Source: the human T2T-CHM13v2.0 reference genome, Homo sapiens. From it: a stretch of 64,000 nt of DNA. Both the position numbers and the translations under genes were made by a program. The stretch lies in assembly GCF_009914755.1 (NCBI RefSeq), contig NC_060930.1. The stretch is one strand, 5' to 3'. The notes below the pieces were generated by a model. It searched no databases, was not told where the DNA came from, and worked only from the letters and a program-made list of their open reading frames with translations. Positions 48,700-62,900 of the stretch are shown here, in pieces. The first letter of the stretch is position 1. Every line of letters starts with the position of its first letter.

Positions 48700-50587
48700 C
48701 CGAGTGTTCTTTCTTCTGAGCACACTCGCTTGGCCCTACCTACCACCGCCCCTTTGGGGAAGGAACAGTGGGAGGTGGGAGAAGGTTCAGGAGTAAAAGG
48801 AACTCCTCTATAATGAGAGAAGAAAAATGCCTTAGCCTTAGGGTCACTTGGGTTTGCGTAGACTATTTTGAAAGGATGAAACAATTTAAATATTAGTAGC
48901 ATGCAGACCTCACTAGCTAGCACACAGGCCAAATGTGGGCTTACCCTCTTACTAAAGGACACTGATTTACTAAGATATAAAGAATTTTAAAAAGAGAAAT
49001 GTGCATGCTTTTAGAAGGTAGTGAAACATTGCTTGTTGTACTCATCAGCTCCAAAAGCCCTGATCGGTGAGATGATTCACTCACCTACGTAAGAGGGGAG
49101 GAAAGAAATATCTAAGAAAATTTGTAATATTAAAAAAATATATGTATTTGGAGAGAATTGAGAAGAAAAATGTTCTACACATCTCCTGGCTTCCATGACA
49201 AGAAAAGAAGAAAGGTGACATTCAGTTACCTGCTGGCTCAGCAGAGGGTCTTGTTCCTCTCTCTGGTCCTTCCTTTCTTCCTTCATTCCTTCCTTCCTTC
49301 CTTCTTTTTTCTTCCTTCTTTCCATTGGTCATTTATGCATTCAACAAACACTGAGCACCTTCACTATCAGTTCCTGTCCCAGTGCCAGAGATACGATAGA
49401 TAAGAAGATAGGAGAGACCCTTGCTCTAGTGGAGTCTTCATTCTTAAATTCTAGTCATATCTCATTGAGCGTTCACTACACGTTGATCACAGAGGAAAAT
49501 AAAGTTATTTCATAATGCCTCCATTTTCCACTCCGAGAGTATTCCCAATTTGACAGGCATTTTCTTCATAAATACTCTCAAGTTCCCATTTTCCTCTGGA
49601 GAGACCAAGGTACAACAAAGTAAAATAGAAACAAATTGATATAACTCCTGTCAGAGAGGAAGTCAGTGGCAGAAATGATCATGAAAATAACAACGATAGC
49701 TGCAACCACAAACATGGTTTAAAAAAAAAAGAAGAAGAAAAGAAAGGACCTAAGTTCAATTCACAAATTGAGCTCAAGTCATTATTTAACAAAACAAATA
49801 CTAAAGGGTCCTACCTGCCATCATCCTATCTCAAAACTATATCTTATCTGTAGCAAAATGTTGTCCAGTGTAAGAGTCATAAAGTTGTGTTGAGCCTCCA
49901 CAGATAAAACCAGCACTCTAACTGTGGAAAACTGTTTTAAAATAACAAAATAGACCATGTTTGTTGGTTTTCCCGGGAGAGACCTCAGCTCAGCTGTAAA
50001 ACTAGGCATGAAAATGGGATTCCTCCCATCCTCCATAGAGCCTGGATCATGAGAAATCTTGCCTCTCAACATGCCAACAGGTCAGAGGGCAGTCATGTTC
50101 TTTGCTGTTCATAGTACCACGTTGTAGAAGGCAAGCTGTCTAGGGAATAAAAGAAATTCAGAGCGATTCATCTGGAAATTGCTCTCCAGGGGCTATTATT
50201 TTCAAGGTTAGATGACCCCAGAAGAGCATTCTCTTTGCTGACGCAGCCCCAAGTGACCACCTGCATTTTTGTATTTTTTCGGAGTAGTTAGAGGAGGCAA
50301 CGATCGTCAGCAGCCCCTGCAAACGCAGAGACGGAGCAGGATAGAAATGTTTCCCATTGCTGTGTACAGTCGGTCAGCTCTGCCACCTTCCACGCAATTC
50401 ACTGCTTAGCTCTTACAGCCTCTGTGGAACAGAAAAATCATCTGAGCTGGGGGGGACTCAGAGGCCCAGAGGCCAGCATTCCTTGGTCAATGCCAACACT
50501 ACCTTTGCATGTCTGCCATGCATTATTAAGGACTCAGAAAAGTGCTGCAGTGAAGAAACCGGTTGAATTGTTTAATTCATCATTTTC

Positions 50588-50883
50588 TTTTAGAGATAGG
50601 GTCTCATCTTGTCACTCAGGCTAGAGTGTAGTGGCATCACTCTACCTCACTGCAGCCTCTAATTCCTGAGCTCAAACAATCCTCCCACCTCAGCCTCCCG
50701 AGTAGCTAGGACTACAGGCATGCATCACCACACCCAGCTAATTCTTTCATTTTTTTTGTAGAGACATCGTCTTGCTACTAATATGTTTTCCAGGCTGGTC
50801 TTGGACTCCTGGGCTCAAGTAATCTTCCTTCCCCAGCCTCCCAAAGTGCTGGGATTAAAAGGCATGAGCAACTGCTCCTGGCC
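50588..50883 (-). mobile_element. AluJ
   Basis: AluJ diagnostics; TSD taattca(t/c)cattttct. Confidence 0.93.
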
Positions 50884-51516
50884 TAATTCACCATTTTCTA
50901 GACTTATTTGATCACAGAAATATTATTCCTTTAAAACTGGTTAACATCTAGTGGATTCTTTGAAATATGGTCTGGGAAAATACTGATTGCATACAAGTTT
51001 CTTACTCACACACACGTATGCACATGTACACACACACACACTTTATACCAAGATCTCAATAAAACATTCCTAGGTAACAAAAGCACACCATAAGTCCATA
51101 AGTGTTAATCGAGTGAATGACTAGATTGAGAAATTAATGAGAAAATGACTCAGCGAATTTACCAGAAGGCCTTACACATCCCACTGGAAGACTTGGCAGC
51201 AGTGAGCCAAGCCCTCTCCACAAACTCTCCCTCTCCCGTGTGGAATATTCAGGAAGGGATCCTGGGAAACGCAGGGCCCACAGTGCTGTGGTTGCCTCTG
51301 AGCCTGGCTAGCATAAAAGGGTGCACTCCAGGTGCTTGGACATGGGGCAGGCAGAGGAAGTTTCAGACTCTGGGGTCTCTGGTAGGTTCATGTCACCTTA
51401 GACTTAGGAATAGAGGGCTAAGCACGCCTGTCAAGTTGTCATCTGGTTGGATCCCATTCCCTATCAATAAGGGTGTCTGATGTTTATGTAGTATATGCAT
51501 AAAAAAAGGTATGCTT

Positions 51517-51841
51517 CAGGTCCACAATCCCGTATCCAAAACCCTTGGGGCAGGTGTACTACAGATTTCAGAATTTTTCAGATTGTTCCAAAGATAATGT
51601 GGTACATATACCATATATTGTGTAATTCCATGCATGGGGGCACTGTCTCATATTCACATATTAACATTTTTGCAATGAAACATGGACATTCACAGCAAGT
51701 GAGATAAATAAAACTTACACATTGTTTCAAGCCAGTTCCAGTCAGATGATGCTGCCACAGTGGTGTCAAGTATACAAAACACTGTTCGTTTTCATAGCTC
51801 TCTGCATTTTGGGGGTTGTAGGTGAGAGAGTGTGGGTCCTT
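51517..51841 (+). mobile_element. MER46C (TcMar-Tigger) DNA transposon relic
   Basis: caggtccacaatcccgtatccaaaacccttgggg start and degenerate inverted end gagagtgtgggtcct. Confidence 0.8.
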
Positions 51842-52258
51842 AATATACCTGTCATGGGAAGGATAGTTGCTACAAAGAGAAAAGGGTGATGGCAAGTCCC
51901 CACAATAAATCTAAGGACCTCTTATAAAGAGAAGGGGGCACTACCAGTGCCTCGCATGCTCTTATTTGTAAACAAAAGACTTCCCAATGCTCTATTTAGG
52001 GTCAATGCACTGTGGGCCTTGCTTTAATGTTATCTGCTTCAGTTTGGAATCCACTATGAAGGGAATCTATTTTTGCCCTTGAAGGACTCATGAGAACTTT
52101 AAGCTGCCTTAACCATAATGAGAAGTGGCTCAAGAAAGAGGGGGTTTCCAAGACAAAAGGATGAAGAACAAAGACCTAATGAGTCACTCATTGATGCATT
52201 TCTAAATTCACCAAGATGCCTACATTTTGGGTGAATTTCAGTTCAATCACATAGTTTT

Positions 52259-52568
52259 ATTTTTACTTTTTATTTATTTTTTGAGACAGAGTCTCGCTCC
52301 GTCACCCAGACTGGAGTGCGGTGGCGCGATCTCGGCTTACTGCAAGCTCCGCCTCCTGCGTTCACACCATTCTCCTGCCTCAGCCTCCTGAGTAGCTGGG
52401 ACTACAGGTGCCCGCCACCAGACCCGGCTAATTTTTTTTTTTTTTTCTTCAGTAGAGATGGGCTTTCACCGTGTTAGCCAGGATGGTCTCAATCTCCTGA
52501 CCTCATGATCCGCCCACCTCGGCCTCCCAAAGTGCTGGGATTACAGGCGTGCGCCACCGCACCCGGCC
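52259..52568 (-). mobile_element. AluY
   Basis: gcaagctccgcc and ccgtgttagccaggatgg; 16-bp TSD tcaatcacatagtttt. Confidence 0.96.
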
Positions 52569-52970
52569 TCAATCACATAGTTTTTAATGAGCGCAGTGAC
52601 AACGACACAATGACTTGTTTCTCTCCCTGTGTGCACTTTAATGAACTCAAATATCATTCTTTTTTATTTCTGCCTTTATGGCCTTAGGATTTAACCTAGA
52701 AAGAAAAGTTAAATGCAGATGTCTTATCTCCTGTAGGCAATTTTCAAGGAGCCTGCAAGTTTCTAACAAAATTCTCACAGCACAATCAATCATTATTTGC
52801 CTTAATAAAGTGTATATGTTCCACAACATGAAGTACTTAGCCACAATGCTAATGAAACAGTGATAAGTGGTCCAACTTCAGAAATGGTTGGTATACTATT
52901 GGGATATAATACTGGAGGATTCTGCCTATGAGACAGCTGATCTTTATTCATTAGAGTTCAAGCAAGTTGA

Positions 52971-53417
<447 letters not shown>

Positions 53418-54385
53418 ATGGTTGATGATTTTACTTCAAGCCACACTGCATTAAACTTATCAGACCCATCATATTCACTTCTGTTTGCAAACATCTGCAG
53501 ACGTAACTGTTCTTCAATGCCTGAATCATTCATTCCTGCGTTTAAAGTCCCTCACTGTCAGTTTGTGGCAACTCACCCCAAAGTCCCCAGATAATAGGCC
53601 AATTATATCTTGTCACTGGAGATCTAGTCTCACCAGGCCACCAAGGCTTAATAACCTCAAGAAGGGAATTTCCTAAACCTCATACCCAGCTGGGGATTTA
53701 GGACAATGAGTTTCTCTCCATTAATCTTTAATTCCTGAAAATGCTGAGGTTGCCGATAATGGTCGCGTGTGTTTCCCTCCAAATCATGAGCGGCAAGAAG
53801 CTGAAGCGCCATGGTTGCTACAGGAGGTAAAGTCTGCCTGTATCCAGCTCCCAGGTGGCATTTGGTCCTAGCAGCTGGGAGGGGACAACAAGGGCAATCC
53901 AAGGGCAGAACAAAGGAATGGGGAGAAGCCCCCAACAGCGAGAGTTTACCCTGCACCCACGGGGAGGGAAAACCAAAGCTGAACAACTCAGTGGCCAGAG
54001 GCCCTGTGCTTCACACCAAGCTCTCTGAGAAGCCAGAGACTCCTGCTGTCGGGGGGATGGTGACCCAGTGGGAATCTGCACAGGACATAGAGAGAGTGTG
54101 TTGGTGGGGGTGGGGGAAGAATCTCCCAAGAGGAGGCAGCCTCTCAGGGCACCATTCTGTCGGCAACTTCCATGAAGCCTCAGAACAGTGCCTGGCACCC
54201 AGTTAAGTGCTTAATAAATCAAAGTATTCTCCTGTCTCCTGGTCTGTCCTCTCTAGGCACAAGATTGTCCACTTTGTTCTCAGTTGGGTCTCTGTAGTTC
54301 AAACACATCTACTTCTTATGTTTGCATAGAAATCCTTAAGTCAGAACTCTGTAGTGAAATAACTAGTTAAAAAGTGATTGAAAAG

Positions 54386-54677
<292 letters not shown>

Positions 54678-54699
54678 GTGATTGACAAAAGAAAAAGAT

Positions 54700-55125
54700 T
54701 GAATTCCTATCTATCTAGCATTCTCAAAATAGCGAAATTATAGAGCTGGAGAACAAATTAGTCGTTATCAGGGGTTAGATATGGAGGAGGGAGTAAGGAG
54801 GTGGGAGATTTTTGCAATGATGGAACAGTTCTGTATCTTGATTATGGTGATGGTTACAAGACTCTACCACCAGTTCAGTGTGATAAGGCTGCACAGAACT
54901 GCCCCCCTGCCCACACACACACACACACACACAAATGAGTGCATGCAAAGCCGGTGAAATCCAAGGAAACTCTGTAGAGTATACCAATGTCAATTTCCGG
55001 GTTTTAATATTGTATCTACTTCTATAAGATGTTACCTGGGGAAAACTGAATGAAGATGAAGGATACACAGGACTTCCTTGTACATTGTTCTGCAATTTCC
55101 TGTGAATCTATAATTCTCATAAAAA
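54700..55125 (+). mobile_element. L1MC/L1MD 3' UTR fragment
   Basis: gatggaacagttctgtatcttgattatggtgatggttaca, accaatgtcaatttcc, aatttcctgtgaatctataatt. Confidence 0.8.
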
Positions 55126-56889
55126 GGCTGAATCCATGTGAATGAATTACGTATGCAATTTGCTAAACAGTTAAGGTAAGCATAGATAGATATATAGAAA
55201 AACTGCGAATAATATGCACTGTTTGGCTCTGATGTTAACTTTTCACACATCCCTCACTAAACGATTGGGATAAACCAGAGCCATCACTTTGAAAAACTCC
55301 AGGGTCATCATGCATATTGCAGTCTCTATGAGGTGCACCTTCAGGAGCTGTGCCATATACAACCTGTACAATAATACACAGCAATCCTGCCTTTAGGCAA
55401 CTGCTGCTAAATGATGCATCTCCATTGCTGGTTCTTTTCATTCATCATCCTGGCTTCATGATCTATTTCTGTTCCTCAAACTGCTCCACCTTTGAAGCCA
55501 ATCTAGATTGGAATAATCAGTTTTGCAGCAGCATTGATATTTTTGTTACACAGAATTCTCAGTTTCTTGGTCTGTAATTGCTCAGATTTCAAACGTAAAA
55601 CAGACTTTTTATTAATGTATCTAATAACTCTTCATTGAGACCTTACTGTGGGCTATAAAGATTGATTTCTGTATTGTTGTTATTGTAACCATGATGAACC
55701 ATAGTTCACATGTACACTTGTACAATGCTGTAGTTCGAGGCGTTTCACGCTCTTCCACCAGCTCATCTGTGACATGCTTTCTCTTTAGAGAGAAAGCTTC
55801 TCTCTGTAGCTCTGGTATATATCTAGTTCACTAATTTGTTGGCGGAAAGAGAACCTTCCAGCGTGAAATCCACCTGAAACAAGACTCCCTGCTATGCAGC
55901 AGTTGATTCTGTTTCTTTACAAGTTGAACCATCCGGCTTGGCTGGTGCCAGACTTTTATTGTTTAACCGTTTCAACCTATTGATGTGCGGGCCATTCATG
56001 ATTGTGTGGTTCACAGCAGGGCTGGTCCCAGGACAAGCCCAGTGGTGACTCAGTTAAAGGGGACAGATACGGAAACAGATGAACAATGCATGGGGTGAGG
56101 AGGTGGTGGTGGCAGGGGCAATGCAGGGGAGAGGGCTGGACAGGTGAGGCAGGCCAGAACCGGTGACTCATGGGCTCCCCTTGGTCAGGAGGGCTGGAGC
56201 AGGTAAAGCCCTCCCACAGCCGGGGAACCCACACCCAGCACACGTTCTCTCCTGATCTGCTACTCCCGCCCCAGTTTCCCATCAGACACAGGAGCAAGAG
56301 ATGCACAAAAGCTGCTTCCTGAGCAGCGAGTTGGGACAAAGCCAACAGGTGATCTCAGGGCTTGGCACTTTCCCCATGCCTGAAAGGAGATCAACCATGA
56401 AGGTTACAATACAGGTTTAGAGAATTAATAAAAAGGTGTGGGATGGGGTGAGTTTCAAGCTCCAGGATCCAAGTGTTTACTTTCCTAGAGCAACTTCTGT
56501 CTGAGCACCCCCCAACACACCCACCCACCCACACACACACCCCTACACATCTGGAATTTTCTCTCCACTTGCCAGTCACCAAATCCCCTCTCCACCACCA
56601 CTAGCAGCCCTACTCCCTGATTAGCTCGAGTCAGTAAAAAGGCAATGTGGCAGAGGGGCTAAAAGGTTCACCTTTTCCCAGCTCTAATTAGAGAAAAGAA
56701 AAGAAAGAGAAAGGAGCTGGCTAAAAAATAAGACTTTGCCTAGACTCCACTAACCTGGCCTTGCAGCTAAAGAAAAGACTATCTTTTTAAAAGGAGGAGG
56801 AGGAGGAAGAGGACATGATGACGGGGGAGGAGGGGGAAGAGGGAGAAGGAGAAGGAGAAGGTCCTTTCATCCTTACTTAACCGTAAGAC

Positions 56890-57154
56890 AAATTTGAATC
56901 CAGCTGCATCACTTAGTAGCTGTGTGATCTTGGACAAGTTTCTTTACCCCTCTGTGCCTCACTTTCCTCATTTGTAAGATGGAGATGATGGTGATAATGA
57001 TAGTGGTGATGATGATGATGATGGTGTGGTGTTGATATTTGTGGTGATGATGGTGATGATGATGGTGGTGATGATGGTGGTGATGATGATGGTGGTGATG
57101 GTGGTGGTGATGATGACGATAGTTGTGGTGGTGGTGATGGTGATGATGGTGTGG

Positions 57155-57189
<35 letters not shown>

Positions 57190-57850
57190 GTGTGGTGATG
57201 ATGGTGGTGATGATGATGTGGTGGTGATGATGGTGTGGTGGTGATGATGGTTTTGATGGTATGGTGGTGATGATGATGATGATGGTGTGGTGATGATGGT
57301 GGTGATGGTGGTGGTGGTGATGATGGTGATGGTGGTGATGATGGTGGTGATGGTGATGGTAGTGATGATGGTGGTGGTGATGGTGATGATGGTGGTGATG
57401 ATGGTAGTGATGGTGATGGTGGTGATGATGGTGGTGGTGATGGTGGTGGTGACGATGATGGTGATGGTGGTGATGGTGATGGTGGTGGTGGTGATGATGG
57501 TGATGGTGATGGTAGTGATGGTGGTGGTGATGGTGATGATGGTGATGATGATGGTGGTGATGATGGTGGTGATGGTGATGGTGGTGATGATGGTGGTGGT
57601 GACGATGATGGTGATGATGGTGATGGTGATGATGGTGATGGTGGTGATGATGGTGATGATGATGGTGTGGTGATGATGATGGTGTGGTGATGATGATGGT
57701 GATGGTGATGATGGTGGTGATGATGGTGATGATGATGGTGTGGTGATGATGACAATACTACCAACCTCATAGGATTTTGGGGGAGGCTTGAAACTGTTGA
57801 TATGTGTGAAACCACAGAGATATGCCTTGCACATAGGAATGCTCAGTGCA
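56890..57850 (+). mobile_element. MIR split by a trinucleotide array
   Basis: 5' part agctgtgtgatcttggacaagt...cctcactttcctcatttgtaagatggagat; 3' part aatactaccaacctcatagg...gcacataggaatgctca. Confidence 0.8.
56985..57751. repeat. Compound (GAT/GGT)n trinucleotide array, about 770 bp
   Basis: Direct reading; occasional gtgtg interruptions shift the register. Confidence 0.97.
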
Positions 57851-58540
57851 CTGAGGCCATTCTTTAAAACTCTGGCTGGAAACCCCTTCACACTCCCCAG
57901 TTCCCACAGAGACTCCATCTTCTCCCTCTGCTTCTTCCTGCCTCCCTGCCTTGTGTTCTTTCAGAGTCCCTCCTGACTGTGTCTTTTCCCCATCCCCTTT
58001 CCCCCAAAAGACAGCTGGGTTTCAATATTAAAATCAGCGCTTTGGAGTCTGACCAAGGTGAATTCATATTCTTGCTCCACCCCATCCTGGCTTGGGCAGG
58101 TGCCTGGCTGTCCTCACCTGGAAACTGTGGCCTCCATCCTGCCTCCCAGACCTAGTCACAGCCATGAGGATGCCAGCCAGGAAAGTGAAAGAATGCCCGC
58201 CCTGAACAGGAGCTCAACAAATGGAGCCATTCTGCTTCCATGGCACCTGATGCCTAATTCTGCAGTTGCTCCCAGTTTCCCTCTTTTCTTCCACCCTCCA
58301 GACCATATTGTGCTACTAACAAGAACCACCACGTACTGAGCATTCGTGCCTTCCCAGCACTGTGCAAAGAATTTTGCTCCTGTAATCCTCACAACTCCTG
58401 GATTTGGGTTCTGCCCTCTGCTCCCAGAGCTCTGTCTACATTTCCCAAGGGTACCACTCAAATAACAGCGCATTGCTGTGAAGATCAAAGCAATAGGTTC
58501 ACAGTGGGAAAAGAAGAGGAAGACATGAAGGGGCACCTAA

Positions 58541-58604
58541 TGGGGTGACCAGCCCTCCAGGCTTGCCCAAGGCTGAGGACCAACCGGAACGGACGGTCAC
58601 TCTA
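58541..58604. mobile_element. Internally deleted MER81/MER94-like hAT-Blackjack element
   Basis: TIR-like ends tggggtgacc ... ggtcactcta. Confidence 0.5.
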
Positions 58605-58956
58605 ACAATCCAGTCATCCACAATGTCCAGGATGCCTGAAAATATCTTTTGCTGCTATAACAATGGCTCAGAAACCCACCTGACGATTTTGGAAGGTACT
58701 TAACTTCTCTGAGCCTCAATTTCATCATCTAAAACAGGGATAGCAATGGCTACCTCCTCACGGGGCCGCTGGAGAGATAAAAAGGGAAGAAGTGCATCCA
58801 GCATCCTCGCAGCATTCGTCTCATGGTGAGCCTTCCTCCACAGGTGTCAGCATCAAGTCCTGGAAATCACACCTGGGCTTGTCCACCTGCCAGCCACCAC
58901 CCCTGGCCACTTCCTTATTCTCTCCAAATCTCAACTACCCGAACTTAATCAGTTCA

Positions 58957-59080
58957 AGCCAGGCACAGTAGCTCACACCTGTAATCCCAGCAATTTGGGA
59001 GGCTGAGGTAGGAAGATCCCTTGAGACCAGGAGTTTAAGATCAGCCTGTTCCACACAGCAAGACTCCATCTCTACAAAAT
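58957..59080 (+). mobile_element. Alu monomer (FLAM_C)
   Basis: gccaggcacagtagctcacacctgtaatccc...agcaagactccatctctacaaaa. Confidence 0.88.
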
Positions 59081-59134
59081 ATTCTTTTTTAAAATCGGCT
59101 CAGTGGGGAGATTAAGTAAGTTATAGACAGCTTG

Positions 59135-59268
59135 TGAAGAAGAAAAGAGGAGGAAGAAAAAAGAGAAGGAAGAAGAAGAAGAAAAGGAGGAGGAGGGGGA
59201 GGAGGAGGAGGCAGAGAGAGAGAAAGAAGAAGAAGAAGGCGGCAGAGAGAGAGAGAGAGAAAGAGAGA
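59135..59268. repeat. GA-rich low-complexity tract
   Basis: Direct reading. Confidence 0.85.
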
Positions 59269-61747
59269 GTGCTAGCTGAAAAGAGCATTTTGCCTAGACT
59301 CCACTGACCAGGCCTCACAGTTTTTAGAAAAAGGAAGAAGACAAACCTCACAGATGCAGACTGGCTGGAAAACCCCAGTCCCTCAGTTCTTAACCACCAG
59401 ACAGGGAAGTCTTGGCCAAACAATGGTGGAACAGATTCTTTGAGGGACAGACAAGAGACAGAGGGGGACAGAGGGCCCCAGCTTCAGCCTGATGCTTGGG
59501 TTTGAAATGTCCAATCCACCAGCACACCTGACACTCCTTGGCAGGAAGAGGACAGAAACCCTGGCAATCTGGAGGGAGGCACAGCCTGTTCACAGAATCA
59601 GAAATGTGGGAGCAAAAGTCATGGCCTTTGGTTCAGAAATGCCAAACATCTAATCACCTCCGGCAAAGTCCCTGGCCCAGTTCCATGTTATTGTGACCTC
59701 TGAGTCCTGGCCGAGTGCAGGGCAAACTCCACTACCTGCTCGGTGGCCCACGGGTCCCTTGCTCCTGGCACTGGGGTCCTGTTTCTTTTTACCCTTTCCA
59801 ACTGGGCTATCTGGCAGGGATCAATCAGTCCCCACATAGAAGACACACTGGCAGGGGTCTCCAAGGCCTTTATGTGAAGGTCGGTGGCTTGGACGTTACT
59901 ATTTTTTCAAATGGATTAAATGCCAATGGCATGCTGAGCCCACGGAGAAATCAGAGGTAGACAGTCGGCAGGCAGGCACTCTGGGGAGATAAACAGATGC
60001 GTGGCATTCCACAGCTCTGAGGAAAGATGCCCCTTGAAGCTAGGGAGAAGCTTTTGTCCATGCTGCCACCTTTAGGGGCTTTCTCAGAAATTCCCACTCC
60101 TACGCTCAGTGACGGGATCATCAGAGCCTAACAGCTTCTTGGCCATGGTCGTGCACAGCCATCGCCAGCCACCCTGGAGATGGCAGGCTGTGCTGGGACG
60201 GCCCTTTGCTCCCTGCACCCCAGGTGCTCCATCATGACAGGGCAGCTGGAGGCAGGAGCAGCCCCACTGTGTTCTTCACAGCCACCCTAGCTTGGATCAG
60301 CTGGTCCCTCTCCTGGGGCTAAAGCAGCGAAGGATTTACATCAACCCAGAAGGAAAAGCCACTACTTTTGGAAGGGGCCAGGGAAGTGCAGCAGGAGGGG
60401 TCAGCAGAGCAAGAGAGGACAGGGACCCACCATGATGATGAAACTGATGACTTCTGTTGCCTCCAGTTGATCGCCCCACTCACCCTCAGCACCTGTACCA
60501 GCCTGTGCTCGCCTCCCGCTGTTGCAGGTGTGGAGGCTCAGGACACGCGGGGTGGGGGCAGCCCCTGAGTTCTCCTGCTGTGGAGGGACAGCTCTGACAG
60601 GAGTTAGGTTCCTACACTGATTTGGGACAATTACTCTTTCTCTGGGCTTCAGTTTCCTCATTTGCAACATAAAAAGCTTGGGTTTGATGGGTTTTTGAAG
60701 GTCCTTTGAGCTCTCTGATTCAGCAATGTGAGTGGAGTCTAGCCGGGAATGGCCCCCAAATGTGCGGCTGGCCCCATCTCTGTGGAGGGATGGAGATGGA
60801 AAATCAGGATGTGGTGGCAGGGCTGTCTGTGGGATTCTCCTGGGAGCAATGCTCTTCCCCATCTCACAACTCACCCACACGGCCCTGCCAGATGCCCTGG
60901 GTCTGCACCAAACGTTCTCCACCCTCACAGCTTACATCCTGGCTCACCTTGCAAATGACTCATGACAGCCGGGGACAGGGTGCCCCAGAGCACGCCCACA
61001 AGTCAGTGCCCATCCGCCCCTTCTCCAGGTGCCACTGCTGGGAGCTGTGGAGTTGTCAGCTGTTCCTAAGCCAGGGGCGCTCCTTGAGTTACAAAACCGA
61101 GAGGACATGGAAATTGAAATAGGAGAAGCAGCCAGTGGGGGCCAAAGGGCCCCTGGGCAGCTATGGAAAGACAACCCTGCCAGAGTGAGCACATTATTTA
61201 TCAGCTCTCTTGGGGAGACATATATGGTTATAAACAGAACCTCTTCCTATCACAAGACATGCCTGCCAGCCTTTTCATGGATCACCAAAGCACCCCCAAG
61301 CTTCGCGCTTAGGGTGATTGCCAGGCATGGGAAACACCTAACAGTTGCATGTCAGCACCGAAGGAAGTGGGATTCAGACAAAAGGTGTTCCATTTCACAG
61401 CAGGGAGGAGGGAACGCCTTGGAAGAAAAAAGTCTTTCTTGGGGCTACCCAGCAAGCCCAGCCAGAGCTTCTCAGCAATCAGGTGTGCATTTCTGGAGCC
61501 CAAACCACTCATTCTCAACCCAGGAACGGGATTAGGGGACTAGGGATATTTTGAGACCCAAAGAAAATTGACCCCCTACAAAAGAGCCCAAAGTGTTCCC
61601 AGCATTCTGCAAACCAGCATCTGGACTGCGAGGACATGAGGGCTGCATTGAGTCGGGGGAGAAGGAAGGCTGGCCAGTTAGGAATGACATCATGTGGCCA
61701 CCGCTAAAAAACAAACAAACAAACAAAAAAAAAACAAAAAAAAAACG

Positions 61748-61826
61748 CACTCTGCTGTTGAGAGCTGGGGCATAAATGCCACGGCAGTTGCTGGGCATTT
61801 ATGCCCCAGCTCTTAACAGTGGAGTG
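61748..61826 (+). other. Near-perfect inverted repeat with pre-miRNA-like hairpin geometry (33-bp arms)
   Basis: 61748-61780 pairs with 61794-61826: 30 Watson-Crick and 3 G:U pairs. The structure is clear from the sequence; function is unknown. Confidence 0.85.
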
Positions 61827-62900
61827 GGAATGGATCTCTCCAGGTTGGATCGAGTGGCTGCTTTCCTGGAAACCAGGCTCCTGGTTGCTAGGGCCGATAA
61901 GACAGGGAAAATGCTACACTCGGTGTTCATGGGAAAACATTTTGATATTGAAGAAGAGCTGAGACGTGTTAACAGTTGAATAAAAACAGAGCAGCCCTGG
62001 CTCAGGGGCTGCAGCTACCCGCCCGGCGGGCACTCAGATTACCCACGTGGTGTGCTGCAGGCAGTGAGTCAGACCGTCCATGCTCCTGAGACTGAGGGAT
62101 GACAATCCCAAAAGGACACACCACCAAATGTGGCTCCTCCAAGTAGGTCCAAGGACCTGGCCTCTACTCCAGATGGCTGTGGGCCCCTGCAGGCCTCTCA
62201 CTGCAGCCAGCCACCCCGGCACACACAGTGACTGTGGACGCTGATAGGCAGTGTCATAAGGCTGTAGATGGGGAAAGGGACTGTACAGGCGAATGGGGGA
62301 TGCTCTGTGGCAGGGCACAGGAAGCCCCTAATGGGGACAGATTCTCCACTGGCAGGTGTGGCCAGAGGGGCACTGGCCTTGGAGCCTCTGTTTGTAGCTC
62401 TGTGCTGGGGCTTGGGGCACAGGGCAGCCCTCAAAGGGAAATGGTTTTAGTGGTTCAGGAAATGAAACCCTTTGGCAGAGACCCAGAGCTGGCCTGACGC
62501 ACGCTGCTTTCTGCCCTACAGCAAACAGCGTGGTAACAAGGTGCCTTTAGGTTTCCATTTTAATCCACTAAGCCAATGCCTTGCCTGAGATTTACAAAGT
62601 TTAGACCCCACATTGGAAGATCCAAATGTCCCTCATTATCTGCCTCCCACAAGACAGCTACGAATTTTCCCATACGTAACTAATAACTTCAGTTTTTCTC
62701 TGCTATTTCCTACTGGTCTCCACGATCTCTCGGGAAAAGCGTGAGAGCACTGAGCTCAGGATGGCTGGACCCAGCAAGGCCTGAGGGTGGGGCTTAGGGC
62801 CACAGTGCTGCCATTGACCAGTGGTGCTGGGAGCCGGGAGGCCCAGTTTTGTTTTATGCGCCCGGCTGGGCATCACTGCCCCAACCAGGGAAGCAGAAAT

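Noticed and set aside
55776-55805. Two overlapping, mutually exclusive 8-9 bp hairpins
   Set aside because: Short and low-complexity (CT/AG), expected by chance
56913-57918. 300-aa, 316-aa and 128-aa His/Pro/Thr/Met-rich ORFs
   Set aside because: Translations of the GAT/GGT array with no gene context
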